A stretch of 64,000 bases of DNA, from contig NIVC01002558.1 of assembly GCA_002269645.1 (NCBI GenBank), forward strand, positions 1 to 64,000, in the 5' to 3' direction. This stretch comes from Macrostomum lignano. Lineage: Eukaryota. This document shows positions 24,241 through 36,147 of the stretch, piece by piece. How positions within the stretch are numbered: position 1 is the first letter of the stretch; the number at the start of each line of letters is the position of its first letter. Under the pieces are notes generated by a model, which was given only the letters and a program-made list of their open reading frames with translations, did not search any database and was not told where the DNA came from. The translations under genes were made by a program, and so were the position numbers.

Positions 24241-24615
24241 AAAGGAGAGTCCATTTAGGTTAGACAGATAACGCGGTAGTAAAGTTTCCCTGTACTTCCA
24301 TTAATTATCTCACATCTCATCAGTTTAGACTTGACAACTTCACTAACAAAGCTACTATCTAGATATAGAACAATCGTTTGGTCTTTTCTTAGTCCACAAG
24401 GAAGTCCAAGCGCTTTCCTAGCTTAGCATAAACACAGCGATGGTCAAATACAATACTGCCAAAAAACGGCACAAAAAACACTGCTGACATCAGAGATCTT
24501 GGTCTGATAAGCCCGAACATAACTATTTGCACAGTTAGCACTGAATTTCACCTTTTGTGGCTTGGTAGAAATTGATTTTGACAGGCTGGCAGTCTTTGTC
24601 CTTGGCGGCGTATAG

Positions 24616-25273
24616 CAGGGGTTGGCAAATTCTTTTAAACGTAAACGCCAGATATAAAATCTAGCGCGTGACTGCAGGTTAGAGAGAGGAGAGAAGGATG
24701 AGGAGAGAGGGGAGATGATGGGAGAGAGGAGAGGGGAGATAAGTGGTGGAGTGGAGAAGAGAGGAGAGCGGTGAGAGGAGAGTGGAGATTAGAGGAGGGA
24801 GGAGAGGGGAGAAATGAGAGAGGAGATGAGAGATGAGGGAGAGAGAAAAGGAGGGAGTGGAGACTCGGAGAGGGGATGACAGAGGAGAGGGGAGATTGGG
24901 GAGAGAGGCGAGAAGGGAGAGGAGAGAAGGGAGATGATGGGAGAGAGGAGAGAAGGGAGAGGAGAGAGGGGAGAGGAGAGTGGAGATTAGAGGAGGGAGG
25001 AGAGGGGAGAAATGAGAGAGGAGATGAGATGAGGGAGAGAGAAAAGGAGGGAGTGGAGACTCGGAGAGGGGGATGACAGATGAGAGAAGGGAGATGATGG
25101 GAGAGAGGAGAGAAGGGAGAGGAGAGGGGAGAGGAGGGGAGAGAGGAGAGGAAGAAAAGAATCTAGATAGATTTCTTCTCTCTTCTAGAACTGAGAAGAG
25201 ACGCAAATCTTGAGAGGGCCGGATTGCTATTGTGAAGTTTCACGGACCCGAGGGCCGAACTTGCCGTTCCCTG
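24616..25273 (+). mobile_element. hAT-type MITE with expanded GA-rich core
   Basis: TIRs caggggttggcaaat and acttgccgttccctg. Flanks gcgtatag and gtgcatag (6/8 match). Internal gggccggattgctattgtgaag is shared with the copies at 52485 and 58768. Confidence 0.7.
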
Positions 25274-25978
25274 GTGCATAGGGAAGATTTTCAAACTGGG
25301 GTTATGGATTTGAAATACGAAGCACTTTTAGCTAAAAAGACTGGGCTGAGTCATGCAGCCTCAATTCCGGGGTCTGGGCTGGCGCTCACTCTGGCTGGAA
25401 ACCCTCACCAACCACTCGTGCCCCCCCCCCTTGACGATGTCAGACAAAACGGTGATTCACTGATATCCTGACAAGACTGAGTTACTCGGCGTTTGCTGAT
25501 AGACCATGCAGCCCAGCTTCCAATAGTTTGCTCTGCAAGTTAATTTAAACAAAGATATAGTCAGCAATAATTTCCTCTGAAAGAGACCAGCACCTGGGCA
25601 ATGGACAGTCAACTTGCTGTGCAGGTCTCTGACTCCTGAGCACAATACTGTACGCAGGCACGCGTTCATATACATGCTCACACAGGGTGTACAGCGGTCC
25701 CGACTTGCTGACATGTACACTCCCTGTGCCTTAACAGGGTTGGCCTTCATAAATGGCTGTGAATTGCAGGACAACACGCGCTAGGCCAATTTCGAACAAC
25801 ATGGGGGATTGTTGCTGCTCAGTCCTAGTTGGAGTAGCAGAAGTTGATTAACTTCTATGATAATTCTGCTTTTTCTTGTCTCATGATCTGCTTTTTCACA
25901 CCTGCACACACAGGTTACTCTACTGATAGTAGGCGATTGCGCTCAGTTGCCATCAGCCAAAACACAAGCCGCAGTCTG

Positions 25979-26881
25979 ATGCCTCCGGCTGCACCAAATT
26001 TGGCCACGGCAGCGGTTGTGGCAGCCGTAGTCTTTGCTTCATCAGCTGCTCAATCGCCGCCGACAAATTCGCCGTTGACAATCCGCCGACTGCCGCAGTG
26101 CCTGGTGATCGGCGCCAGAAAGTGCGGCACCAGGGCGCTGCTCGACTTCTTGTCGCTGCACCCGCTGGTGCGGACCGCCCGCGGCGAGGTGCACTACTTT
26201 GACAGGCGGGACTACCGCCAGCTGGGCCTGGCCTGGTACCGCAGGCGCATGCCGCCTAGCCGGTCAGATCAGGTGACTCTAGAAAAGTCCCCGGCCTACT
26301 TTGTGACCCCGTCGGCACCAAGTCGGATTCGCCGGGTCCGGCGCGACATGCGGCTGCTACTGGTGCTGCGGGACCCGGTGCGCAGGGTCATCAGCGACTA
26401 TGCGCAGCGGCTGCACCGGCGGGCCAGTCAGGGCCGGCCGCCGGTGTCGCTGGAGTCGCTGGTGTTCCGACGCGGCGACGGAAGTAGACGGATCGATCCG
26501 CGATCACCGCTAGTGGCCACCTCAGTGTATCACCGGCATCTGGCCCGCTGGCTGGCGGAGTTCCCGCGTCACCAGCTGCATATCGTTGACGGCGACCGGC
26601 TGGTCGAGAAGCCGTTCGAAGAGCTTCGACTGGCTGAACAATTTCTCGGTCTGCCGAGCCGCTTCCGGCCGGAGCAGTTTGTCTACAATGCCAGCAAGGG
26701 CTTCTACTGCGCCAGATGGAGCGACAACTCCGTGCCGCGCTGCCTCGGCCCCGGAAAAGGTCGTCGACATCCGCCGGCGTCGCCGGAGACGCTTGACCGG
26801 CTTAGGGCCTACTTTGATCGCCAAGAGGCCAAGCTGGCAGAACTGCTCCCAGGGCGCAGATTCGCCTGGATGAAGCTGTAG
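25979..26881 (+). CDS. HS3ST: Heparan sulfate glucosamine 3-O-sulfotransferase (HS3ST1/5-like)
   Basis: LPQCLVIGARKCGTRALL (5'-PSB loop), EVHYFDR, EKSPAYFVT, LRDPVRRVISDY (3'-PB), KGFYC...CLGPGKGRRHP. Signal-like hydrophobic N-terminus from ATG 25979; an upstream exon is possible (acceptor at 25913). Confidence 0.95.
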   Translation: MPPAAPNLATAAVVAAVVFASSAAQSPPTNSPLTIRRLPQCLVIGARKCGTRALLDFLSLHPLVRTARGEVHYFDRRDYRQLGLAWYRRRMPPSRSDQVTLEKSPAYFVTPSAPSRIRRVRRDMRLLLVLRDPVRRVISDYAQRLHRRASQGRPPVSLESLVFRRGDGSRRIDPRSPLVATSVYHRHLARWLAEFPRHQLHIVDGDRLVEKPFEELRLAEQFLGLPSRFRPEQFVYNASKGFYCARWSDNSVPRCLGPGKGRRHPPASPETLDRLRAYFDRQEAKLAELLPGRRFAWMKL

Positions 26882-28776
26882 AATAGAAAGCTATTTTAGT
26901 ATAGCTACTCCCAACTGCTGGCATAAGCTAACGACTGCAACAGACTCTACGCAAGGACCACTAGAAGTAACCGTTGTATCAGGACGTAGCGCGCTCAGGT
27001 ATTGAAAAATTATTGAAAGGCCTCTGTCCAACTGAAGCTAAAATTACCAACAGGCGGACAGTAAAGGTTTAAACGGTCGTAATAAAAAGTTGGAAGAGAG
27101 AGAGAGGGAGAAGAGATGTTAAACCGAGGCGAGAGCCAGGCTATATTTAGAAATAATAAAACTGGACCTCTTCATGCGCCACGCGCATGGAGAGGCCTAA
27201 ATTATCGATCGGTGAACTATTTGCAACTGAGTACACACACACAACCAAGCACAAAATAACACGGCCCACTTGGGGCCACATACACAAAAATTTACACAGA
27301 GGAAATAGGAAATGATAGGATTTTTGTCAGTTCATATGCATAAATCTGACAGCCTTAGCTTGTTTGCATTGCAGCTAAACTTTCAATGCTAGTAACTCCC
27401 GATCGGTTAAACTAATAGTTTAGTTTTTGTTTTCTAAAATAGCATAGCAATACCCTGCACGGCTACGGCCCCATGATGCCTCGACAAGTGGAGGCACTTG
27501 AGCATCCTCGTGGTTTCTTCTTCACAGGCGTTTAACTTCTGAGTATATTTTAATCTGTTTAACTTTAACTTCATCAGTTATTAGCACAGTGCTGCAATAC
27601 ATCTTTCGCAATAATGAAGTACTTGTGTCCACTGTATATATGATTGTACATGCAGAGCTTAACCTGAGAAATTCATACGACCATTCTCTCAATAAACAGC
27701 CGCGCCTGAGTTTCAAACCAAATCTATTATAATATTTGGCTAGTCTGCCTGTTTCACCTGTCAAGACAGTCAGTCACTAAGTTTCATAAAAAACATTTTG
27801 AGTCCACGGCATTTGACTTGCCAACAATAACCTTAACCCTAACCTAAACGCTAGCCCAAACACTAACCTAAGCCCTAACCTAAACTGTAATTTTTCTAAT
27901 AGCTAGTTTTCACAAGCTGGAAATGTATTTTTTCGAATTCAATTTCAGTTACATGTAGTTTGCGATTAAAGAACCACTTAAATTAGTTTCTGAAAGGCAT
28001 CCTTTCTTATTCCCAAGCTAACAAGCGCAACTTCCACTAATCGAGGCCTTGAAGCTTTTAACTATAGCTTCTCCATCCCGTACTGTGTCCTAAAATTCAA
28101 TGCACTCCCACCCCCTCTCACCCCCGGATGCTCTGGAACTCAACAACTGAGTCTTTTTTATAACTCCATAAGCAAAACAGCAGTGGATAGAACTACTCCA
28201 AAAATGGGTAGATGCTGATGCAGTCTTATACTAAACGCGTGCAGACCGCATGCGAACATCATCTGCTGCCAGTACGGAGGGGGGGGGGTAAGGGAAGAAG
28301 TGGAAAGGAAAGACAGACAGACACTGTTGCTGCAGCTGCAACCCGCAACCACCTGCTCTGAATTTCACTGCCTCAACGCTGTCTCTACATGTCAATGGCA
28401 CCCAACACCCGTTACTCATTCAGCCAATCAGCATGGGGGATAGGAGTTGAGACCACTTCCTCAGCTAGCCCGTTGTCCTAGCCGTCGACCTCACACCCTA
28501 CACTGTGCGCCCAACCAATCTGCCGTCGCCACGACTGGCTTTGCTCTGAAAACGGCTTCACAATCCCTTCCCCTATCCCAGTCTGTATTCTCTTCCAGAG
28601 CTTCTATTCACATGAAGCAAATACGTTTCTGCTTCCTTCATCCCTCTTCTCCTCCCTCACCATCCATTCAACCAGGCAGTATAGCGAGTAGGCCATATAA
28701 ATTCAGCTAAAATAGACTCGAACAGACCGAAATACGTGGTTCTGTGTTTCAAAAAGACAGAAGAAAATCGACAATA

Positions 28777-29769
28777 ATGTCGGCCGGCGAAAACCCAAAG
28801 AAGCAGACTGACATTGTGCGAACAGCTGCTGTTGCTTCAAAAGCTGAGCGCAAACTATTCCAGCACAGGGACCGGGACTTCCAGATCTGGAACGAGGCTG
28901 ATCAAGAGAAGCCCGGCATAGCGGAGGCAGTTGATCAAGGCAAGGACAATGAGATACAGCTTGGTAATAGCGACAGTGCAGGCAACTGGCCGTGGTCATC
29001 GCAAAAAGTTACTAGCGGTAGTAGCGGCTGCTTTGAGCTGCCCCTGGTGATGCAGCGGCTCAATCCTGAAGCAAAAGACTTTCAGCCTACAAATCCGGAA
29101 CCGACAGAAGAGCGGCAGCACGGCTTGGTGTCTAATCAGTTTGGCACATTCCTGCTGCCTCTGGCTAATCATTTAACACTTCTAGACGTGCGCCGGCCAA
29201 ACCCGATGTGCAAAAATTGTCAGCAGAAGCCAACGGAAGCTGCGACAACAACTGCACCATCAGCAGTGGCCAACACCAGTACCGAGGCCGACAAGCCAGC
29301 TCCGAACCAAGGCGACAAAGTGGCTCGGATTCCCAACTCCAAATCGCCGCGATTCTCCAAGCTTGCCAGGCAAACTTCCTTGCAGCCAGAGGCGCAGCAG
29401 TCACCGCCGCCGCCATCTGTAACGCCAACACAGTCGCAGACGCCTACAGCTAAGGCTAGCAGCTCGCCAATCGCTGTAGTTCGACCTCAGCCGCCAACTT
29501 CTTCAACTAGGCTGCCGCTTGTCTACAGCAGCAACTATCCGGCGCTGCAGGCGCCTGTACTCGCGCCTGGGCCAGCATTCGGGCCTGTGGCGGCCTGCTT
29601 TCCGCCCGTGGCTATGCTGGCTGTGCCGGCCAGACCGCACGGAGTCTTAATGACTGCAGCGCCTGGTTTTCACCATCCGCAGGCGGCTCAGCTGCAGTGG
29701 GTGCAGCTGCAAGCGGGCCAGCCTCCGCTAGCGATGCTGCACCCATTTGTTTGTCCCAGAACTCAGTGA
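28777..29769 (+). CDS. Intronless low-complexity protein with a PAM2 (PABP-interacting) motif
   Basis: Long GC-rich ORF containing QRLNPEAKDFQP, with a Pro/Gln/Ala-rich C-terminus. Confidence 0.6.
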   Translation: MSAGENPKKQTDIVRTAAVASKAERKLFQHRDRDFQIWNEADQEKPGIAEAVDQGKDNEIQLGNSDSAGNWPWSSQKVTSGSSGCFELPLVMQRLNPEAKDFQPTNPEPTEERQHGLVSNQFGTFLLPLANHLTLLDVRRPNPMCKNCQQKPTEAATTTAPSAVANTSTEADKPAPNQGDKVARIPNSKSPRFSKLARQTSLQPEAQQSPPPPSVTPTQSQTPTAKASSSPIAVVRPQPPTSSTRLPLVYSSNYPALQAPVLAPGPAFGPVAACFPPVAMLAVPARPHGVLMTAAPGFHHPQAAQLQWVQLQAGQPPLAMLHPFVCPRTQ

Positions 29770-30848
29770 GGACCTTGTCCTGACGTACCTACAAATCGTA
29801 TGATCTGGTATTGTTTCTGTCTGATTTTTTACTGTTAAAAAGACAGTGAGGTCTTTCTTCGAATTTATGTTAAACTTAGTCTGCGGCGCCTTAAAAAATT
29901 AAGCTCTTTTTTTACCTAAAACTGTATAGTTGTGATTTTTCAATCTAAATGGTTCTCACACTGTCATCATCAACTAAGCATTATTTTGCTATACATTTTG
30001 ATCGTTAATAATATTGATGCTTTTTAACGTAGTCTCAAGAGAACAATATGCACACGCTGCAACAGTGAATCCCAACTCTAACCCCACAATGTCCCTCCAA
30101 TGAGTGCCCAAGAGAAAATGTGAGTAAGCAGGGCTTAGCTGCTGAGGATTATAATTCTAATTATTCCAAAATCTTATTCTTTTATAATAAAGCGGTACTT
30201 CGTGTGCTTCTGACTCTGTTTGTGTTTATCACGTGCTGTTTATCTCTAAACATTTGACAACACAAACAAAATATTAGCGTGAATAACCAGCTTTTTCCAG
30301 TTTTAAAAGAAGATTCACTAATCCTTGTTTGTAGGATTTTATTACAAGAATATGTCATATATATTTGTCAAATCATGGCTGGCAAATGCTAACATTCTTA
30401 GCATAAAAACAGTTTACTATTCACATAAATAATAAATTATTATTAGTGACAATATTACGATTAGTTAAATTTACAAAAACAAACAAGCACAACAAAAAAT
30501 ATGAAGCAAAACACGGTGCGGGTAACCATAATTTAACGCGACTCATCAAATCATATTATAATAAATTGATTTCCGAACATAGAAATTTTTATTTAATAGG
30601 AAAATTCTACAGTAATTTCGAATAATTTTAGACTCTAAATACGAGTATAGCTCATACAGTAGTAGTTCTAACACAAAATGCAGCTGTTAAAATTATACGA
30701 TTATATCATCCAACTTTACAGAGACAAAATGAGAGCAATTGCATTTTCAATAGCTAATAATTGATAAAGCTTTTGAAAAATGCTAAGAGGGTTTCTACTT
30801 GTCCGTATAGTTTGGCTGTCGGAAACAATGGACCAAGATGAACAGACT

Positions 30849-32402
30849 TTATAATGCGGTGTGGCTGCCGCCACCCTTCTCTTGGGCTTTTATCATAGCC
30901 TGAATAGCCCTAGCTCTCATCTCCAGCTCCATAATCTTTAGCTGGCGTCGGGACATGCCATCCAACGACGGCTGCTGCCGAGGCGGCGGCTGCGGTGCCG
31001 GCTCGTCTTCAACGTCGGACAGGTCGACAACTTCGTTCAGGATGACGCTGTCAGCCTCAGCTTCTGCTACGCTGAAATTCAACAGCTTTACTTCTGCGCC
31101 GATTACATCTTCTGACTCTTCGTTCGATACCGCAGCTTCTTCTTCTGTCATTGAGTTCGGCTCCGCCTCAGCCTCCGCCTCTGCCTCAGCCTCCGCCTCC
31201 GTTTCTGATTCAACTGTCGCCTCGGAATCTGCTTCTGCCTGACCTTTTACTGACGATTCTACTTCAGATTTGGAGTCTGCAGTTGCAAACTCGATTGCTT
31301 TAGTATCGTCATCAGCCTCATGGTCTGCCGCTACTTGAGCAGAGAGGGAAGCAGTGAATTTCGCCTCTGTCTGGTCCTCAGTTGTTGTTGAATCTGCAGC
31401 GGCTATCGGAGTGCTGTTGTTAGAAGCAGCTACATTTGCTTCATCAACAACCGCTTTGGCATCCGAATCCAGTTTCTGCCCAGCGGCCAGAGATTCGTCA
31501 GTGTCAGACGAGCTGATTGACGCGGCGCTGTCGCCGGCTAAAATCCGTCGAATTCGTTTGGCCGACATCCCCTGCAGCAGCGGCAGGCAGCGATCGCGAA
31601 GTTTCGTCAACGGCCAACGTCGAAACTCTTCTGGTACAAGAGCGCGAAGCTGCTGACCCCGAGTGGCGCTAAACATCTGGTGCAGCATCTCCGCCCGGTC
31701 GTCCAGGTAGTCAGCGATCGGTCGCAGGGGCGGACAGCCGGGTTCGGAATTGGCTGCATCAGCATCGGAATCACTGTTCTCATAATGGCAAGGAGCGTTG
31801 GAAACGGCGGCTACTGCTGAAGTGGCTGGAGAAGACGGCACTGAGGAGGCTGATGATGCAGACGATGAAGCACTAGATGTCGAGACAGCGTATGAAGTTG
31901 CAAGGCTTTTAGGCGGCAATTCTTTTGAAGCTTTGCTCACTTTTATCTTCTTAGAGGCTTTCAATTTTGCCTTTTTGGCCTTCTTATCCTTTTTCTTCTT
32001 CTTTTTCACTGTCTCCGCTTCAACACTGGACTTCTTAAGCTTCCTATGTTTTCTTGTAGCGTTCGAAGAATCAGAGTGAGACGAGTCATCCTCCAGCTGA
32101 TGACTTCTACTCACTTTGTGCTTTTTCTTGTCTTTCTTCTTTTTCTGCTTATCTTGGACCGCTATGGTCTTTCGTTTAGCTTCGGACTTCTGCTTGTGAT
32201 GATGCCATGGCTTCTCTTTCTGCTTCGAGCTGCGCACCACGGCATCTCTTGAAGATGCTGAGGATTTTGACGACTCGCGCTGCTTCCTGCTAGAGACAAG
32301 AGCTGCCGAGGAAGATTCTATTCGGGCCTGCTTCCGACTCTTGAGCGAGGGCTCAGCTATTGAAGCTGTCGATGGACGCTTGCCGCTACTGAACTGATTC
32401 AT
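30849..32402 (-). CDS. CAAP1: Caspase activity and apoptosis inhibitor 1 homologue
   Basis: LRPIADYLDDRAEMLHQMFS...LVPEEF...LRDRCLPLLQGMSAKRIRRIL and C-terminal QLKIMELEMRARAIQAMIK match the CAAP1 family. K/S-rich N-terminus. Confidence 0.88.
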   Translation of the reverse strand: MNQFSSGKRPSTASIAEPSLKSRKQARIESSSAALVSSRKQRESSKSSASSRDAVVRSSKQKEKPWHHHKQKSEAKRKTIAVQDKQKKKKDKKKHKVSRSHQLEDDSSHSDSSNATRKHRKLKKSSVEAETVKKKKKKDKKAKKAKLKASKKIKVSKASKELPPKSLATSYAVSTSSASSSASSASSVPSSPATSAVAAVSNAPCHYENSDSDADAANSEPGCPPLRPIADYLDDRAEMLHQMFSATRGQQLRALVPEEFRRWPLTKLRDRCLPLLQGMSAKRIRRILAGDSAASISSSDTDESLAAGQKLDSDAKAVVDEANVAASNNSTPIAAADSTTTEDQTEAKFTASLSAQVAADHEADDDTKAIEFATADSKSEVESSVKGQAEADSEATVESETEAEAEAEAEAEAEPNSMTEEEAAVSNEESEDVIGAEVKLLNFSVAEAEADSVILNEVVDLSDVEDEPAPQPPPRQQPSLDGMSRRQLKIMELEMRARAIQAMIKAQEKGGGSHTAL

Positions 32403-32744
32403 TGCGCAGCCAAAACAATAATCTAGAATGCTACTGTAAGTAGCCTAATTCGGATAGTGATGTATATGAATTCTCTTGCGATTTTTTTCTACCATTGGCT
32501 GGCTGGAAGCCGCCTTGTTAGCTGAAATAATTTCGGTAAATTGTTGAACTGTGTCTGCAATGGAAAAATACGCGGATAGTCAGATATTGTAATCCGTAGA
32601 ATCATGTTTTTATACTACTTGCAAAGTAGCTTATATAACCGATCTTTCAGCTACTTGAACAATGCTACAGTAAAAAGTAACTGAATGGTAGTTAAGGACC
32701 AATTATTAATTATGGGACGTTTTTTAAGGTACAAAAGGTACAAT

Positions 32745-33885
32745 TCTCATGGAGAAGTTAAGAGACGATTCTCATGGAGAAGTTAAGAGACGATTCTCAT
32801 GGAGAAGTTAAGAGACGATTCTCATGGAGAAGTTAAGAGACGATTCTCATGGAGAAGTTAAGAGACGATTCTCGTGGAGAAGTTAAGAGACGATTCTCGT
32901 GGAGAAGTTAAGAGACGATTCTCGTGGGCAGTTAAGAGACGATTCTCATGGGCAGTTAAGAGACGATTCTCATGGGGCAGTTAAGAGACGATTCTCATGG
33001 GGAAGTTAAGAAACGATTCTCGTGGAGAAGTTAAGAGACGATTCTCACGGAGAAGTTAAGAGACGATTCTCGTGGAGAAGTTAAGAGACGATGCTCATGG
33101 AGAAGTTAACAGACGATTCTCGTGGAGAAGTTAAGAGACGATTCTCACGGAGAAGTTAAGAGACGATGCTCATGGAGAAGTTAACAGACGATTCTCGTGG
33201 AGAAGTTAAGAGACGATTCTCGTGGAGAAGTTAAGAGACGATGCTCATGGAGAAGTTAACAGACGATTCTCGTGGAGAAGTTAAGAGACGATTCTCGTGG
33301 AGAAGTTAAGAGACGATACTCATGGAGAAGTTAACAGACGATTCTCGTGGAGAAGTTAAGAGACGATTCTCACGGAGAAGTTAAGAGACGATTCTCACGG
33401 AGAAGTTAAGAGACGATGCTCATGGAGAAGTTAAGAGACGATTCTCGTGGAGAAGTTAAGAGACGATGCTCATGGAGAAGTTAAGAGACGATTCTCGTGG
33501 AGAAGTTAAGAGACGATGCTCATGGAGAAGTTAAGAGACGATTCTCGTGGAGAAGTTAACAGACGATTCTCGTGGAGAAGTTAAGAGACGATTCTCATGG
33601 GGCAGTTAAGAGACGATTCTCATGGGGAAGTTAAGAAACGATTCTCACGGAGAAGTTAAGAGGACGAATCCCATGGGGTAGTTAAGGGGACGATTTTCAT
33701 GGGGTAGTTAAGGGGACGAATCTCATGGGGTAGTTAAGGGGACGAATCTCATGGGGTAGTTAAGGGATGATTCTCATGGGGTAGTTAAGGGGACGAATCT
33801 CATGGGGTAGTTAAGGGGACGAATCTCATGGGGTAGTTAAGGGATGATTCTCATGAGGCAGTTAAGGGACGATTCTCATGGGGCG
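32745..33885. repeat. Minisatellite, 25-bp unit (GATTCTCAT family)
   Basis: (agagacgattctcatggagaagtta)n. Confidence 0.95.
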
Positions 33886-34138
33886 TCAGATTATCAAAAA
33901 AAAATATTTCAGATTGATTAAACAATTCATAAGTTTCAACTTTTAACAAATTTGTAAAAATATTTATTTACAAGTCATTTAAATATAGTACAAAAAGTGG
34001 ACGGAATGCACAGGAAAATCTTGTTAAATATCAGGCAGTAAAATCTGTCCAGCGTCAGGCCAGGTGGGTGAGGACTGACACGCACTAAAGCACAATAGAT
34101 AGATCAAAAGACAGCCATCAACAGAGCTGTTGCTTATC

Positions 34139-35157
34139 TCAGTCCTGACGTTGGAACAGCACCCGCTGCAGGTATTCGGCCTGACGCTGCTCCAGCTCCG
34201 CCTCCTGCTGCTGCGCTCGAGCTGCGGCCAACTCAGCCGCTAGGCGTCCGGCCGACCGACCGCGCTCGTCCAATCGGCGAGCCTGCTGCTCGCATTTGGA
34301 CAGCGCTGTTGCTAGGGAGGCCTCCGCGTTGGCAAGCCGACTCTCGGCGGTTGTCAAGCTGGTCTCCAGGCGCTTGACTGAACGGCGTTCAGCGGCTAAG
34401 CGGCGTTCGAGAAGGCTGCACCGGGCCTGAATACCGGTATGGGGATCAATGAGTGCCTGAATATGGGATCAATGAGTGCCGGAATATGGGATCAATGAGT
34501 GCCGAAATATGGGATCAATGAGTGCCTGAATATGGGATCAATGACTGACTGAATATGGGATCAATGACTGACTGAATATGGGATCAATGACTGACTGAAT
34601 ATGGGATCAATGAGTGCCTGAATATGGGATCAATGACTGACTATGGGATCAATCACTGACTGAATATGGGATCGATGAGTGACTGAATATGGGATCAGTG
34701 AGTGACTGAATATGGGATCAATGACTGACTGAATATGGGATCAATGAGTGCCGGAATATGGGATCAATGACTGACTGAGTATGGGATCAATGACTGACTG
34801 ACTATGGGATCAATGAGTGCCGGAATATGGGATCAATGACTGACTGAGTATGGGATCAATGAGTGCCGGAATATGGGATCAATGAGTGCCTGAATATTGG
34901 TAGACTCTCGCCCTCCCCCTTGGTGCGAACTCACTAACCTGAGCTTCGTTAGCCGCCGTCTCAGCTTCCAAGCGGCAGCGCCGCTCCTCGGCCAACTCCA
35001 TTTCGGCCAGGGCCAGCCGTTCGGACACGGTCAGCGGCCGAGCCGATGCCAGCTGCTGCTGCTGCTGCGAGGTGGCGGCCCCGACTGTATCTGTTGCTGA
35101 GCCGCCGCCTAACGATGAGGCGGCCTCTGTATCGAGAGACGCCAGGGCTGCGGCTGA
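34139..35157 (-). CDS. Coiled-coil protein, 3' exons (35157-34939, 34426-34139); first exon not identified
   Basis: In-frame GT-AG junction gives ...LALAEMELAEERRCRLEAETANEAQ|ARCSLLERRLAAERRSVKRLETSL...QRQD*. Confidence 0.6.
34440..34895. repeat. Intronic minisatellite, 23-bp unit
   Basis: (gggatcaatgagtgcctgaatat)n. Confidence 0.93.
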
Positions 35158-35264
35158 CTGAGTGAAACAAAATACCAAATAATCTGTGTATTACAACTGG
35201 ACTGGCCACGGTATAAACTTGTTTTTTACAGACAAATCGGACGCATGGAATTGGGATGATACTG

Positions 35265-35640
35265 GGGCTAGATGGAGCTCCAGCTGAAGATACTGGGCTA
35301 GATGGAGCTTCAGCTGAGGATATTGGGGGCTGGATGGAGCTCCAGATGAGGATACCGGGGGCTGGATGGAGCTCCAGATGAGGATACTGGGGGCTGGATG
35401 GAGCTCCAGATGAGGATACTGGGCTAGATGGAGCTCCAGATGAGGATACTGGGGCTGGATGGAGCTCCAGATGCGGATACTGGGGGCTAGATGGAGCTCC
35501 AGCTGAGGATATAGGGGGCTGGATGGAGCTCCAGATGAGGATACTGGGGGCTGGATGGAGCTCCAGATGAGGATACTGGGGGCTAGATGGAGCTTCAGCT
35601 GAGGATACTGGGGCTGGATGGAGCTCCAGATGAGGATATA
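35265..35640. repeat. Minisatellite, 30-32-bp unit
   Basis: (gatggagctccagatgaggatactggggct)n. Confidence 0.9.
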
Positions 35641-35809
35641 AAAGTACAAAATGCACACATAGTAATAAACATTGTTAACGAGCATCTATTTGAACATTTA
35701 TTCTTGAAAAGTACAGAGACAGAAAATACGAGAAGAGCAGGACGGAATTGGCAGAAATGTTTTAATAAAACAAGACAATATAATTCTTTATTTAAGCAAT
35801 GCGCAGTTT

Positions 35810-36140
35810 TGAGACGATTCTCATGGGGAAGTTGGGGGGTAGTTAAGAGGCAATTCTTATGGGGCAGCCGGGGAGTTAAGAGACTATTGTCATGGGAGGC
35901 AGTTAAGAGACGATTCTCATTGGGGGGGGGGTTAAGACACGATTCTCATAGGGCAGTTGGGGGGGGGCAGTTAAGAGACTATTCTCATGGGGCATTCAAG
36001 AGACGATTATCATAGGAGGCAGTTAAGAGACGATTCTCATGGGGGGTTAAGACACGATTCTCATAGGGCAGTTGGGGGGGGGGCAGTTAAGAGACGATTC
36101 TCATGGGGGGGGAGTTAAGAGACGATTCTCATGGGGCAGT
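35810..36140. repeat. Degenerate GATTCTCAT-family minisatellite
   Basis: Repeated ttaagagacgattctcatggg core. Confidence 0.85.
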
Positions 36141-36147
36141 CAGTGTG

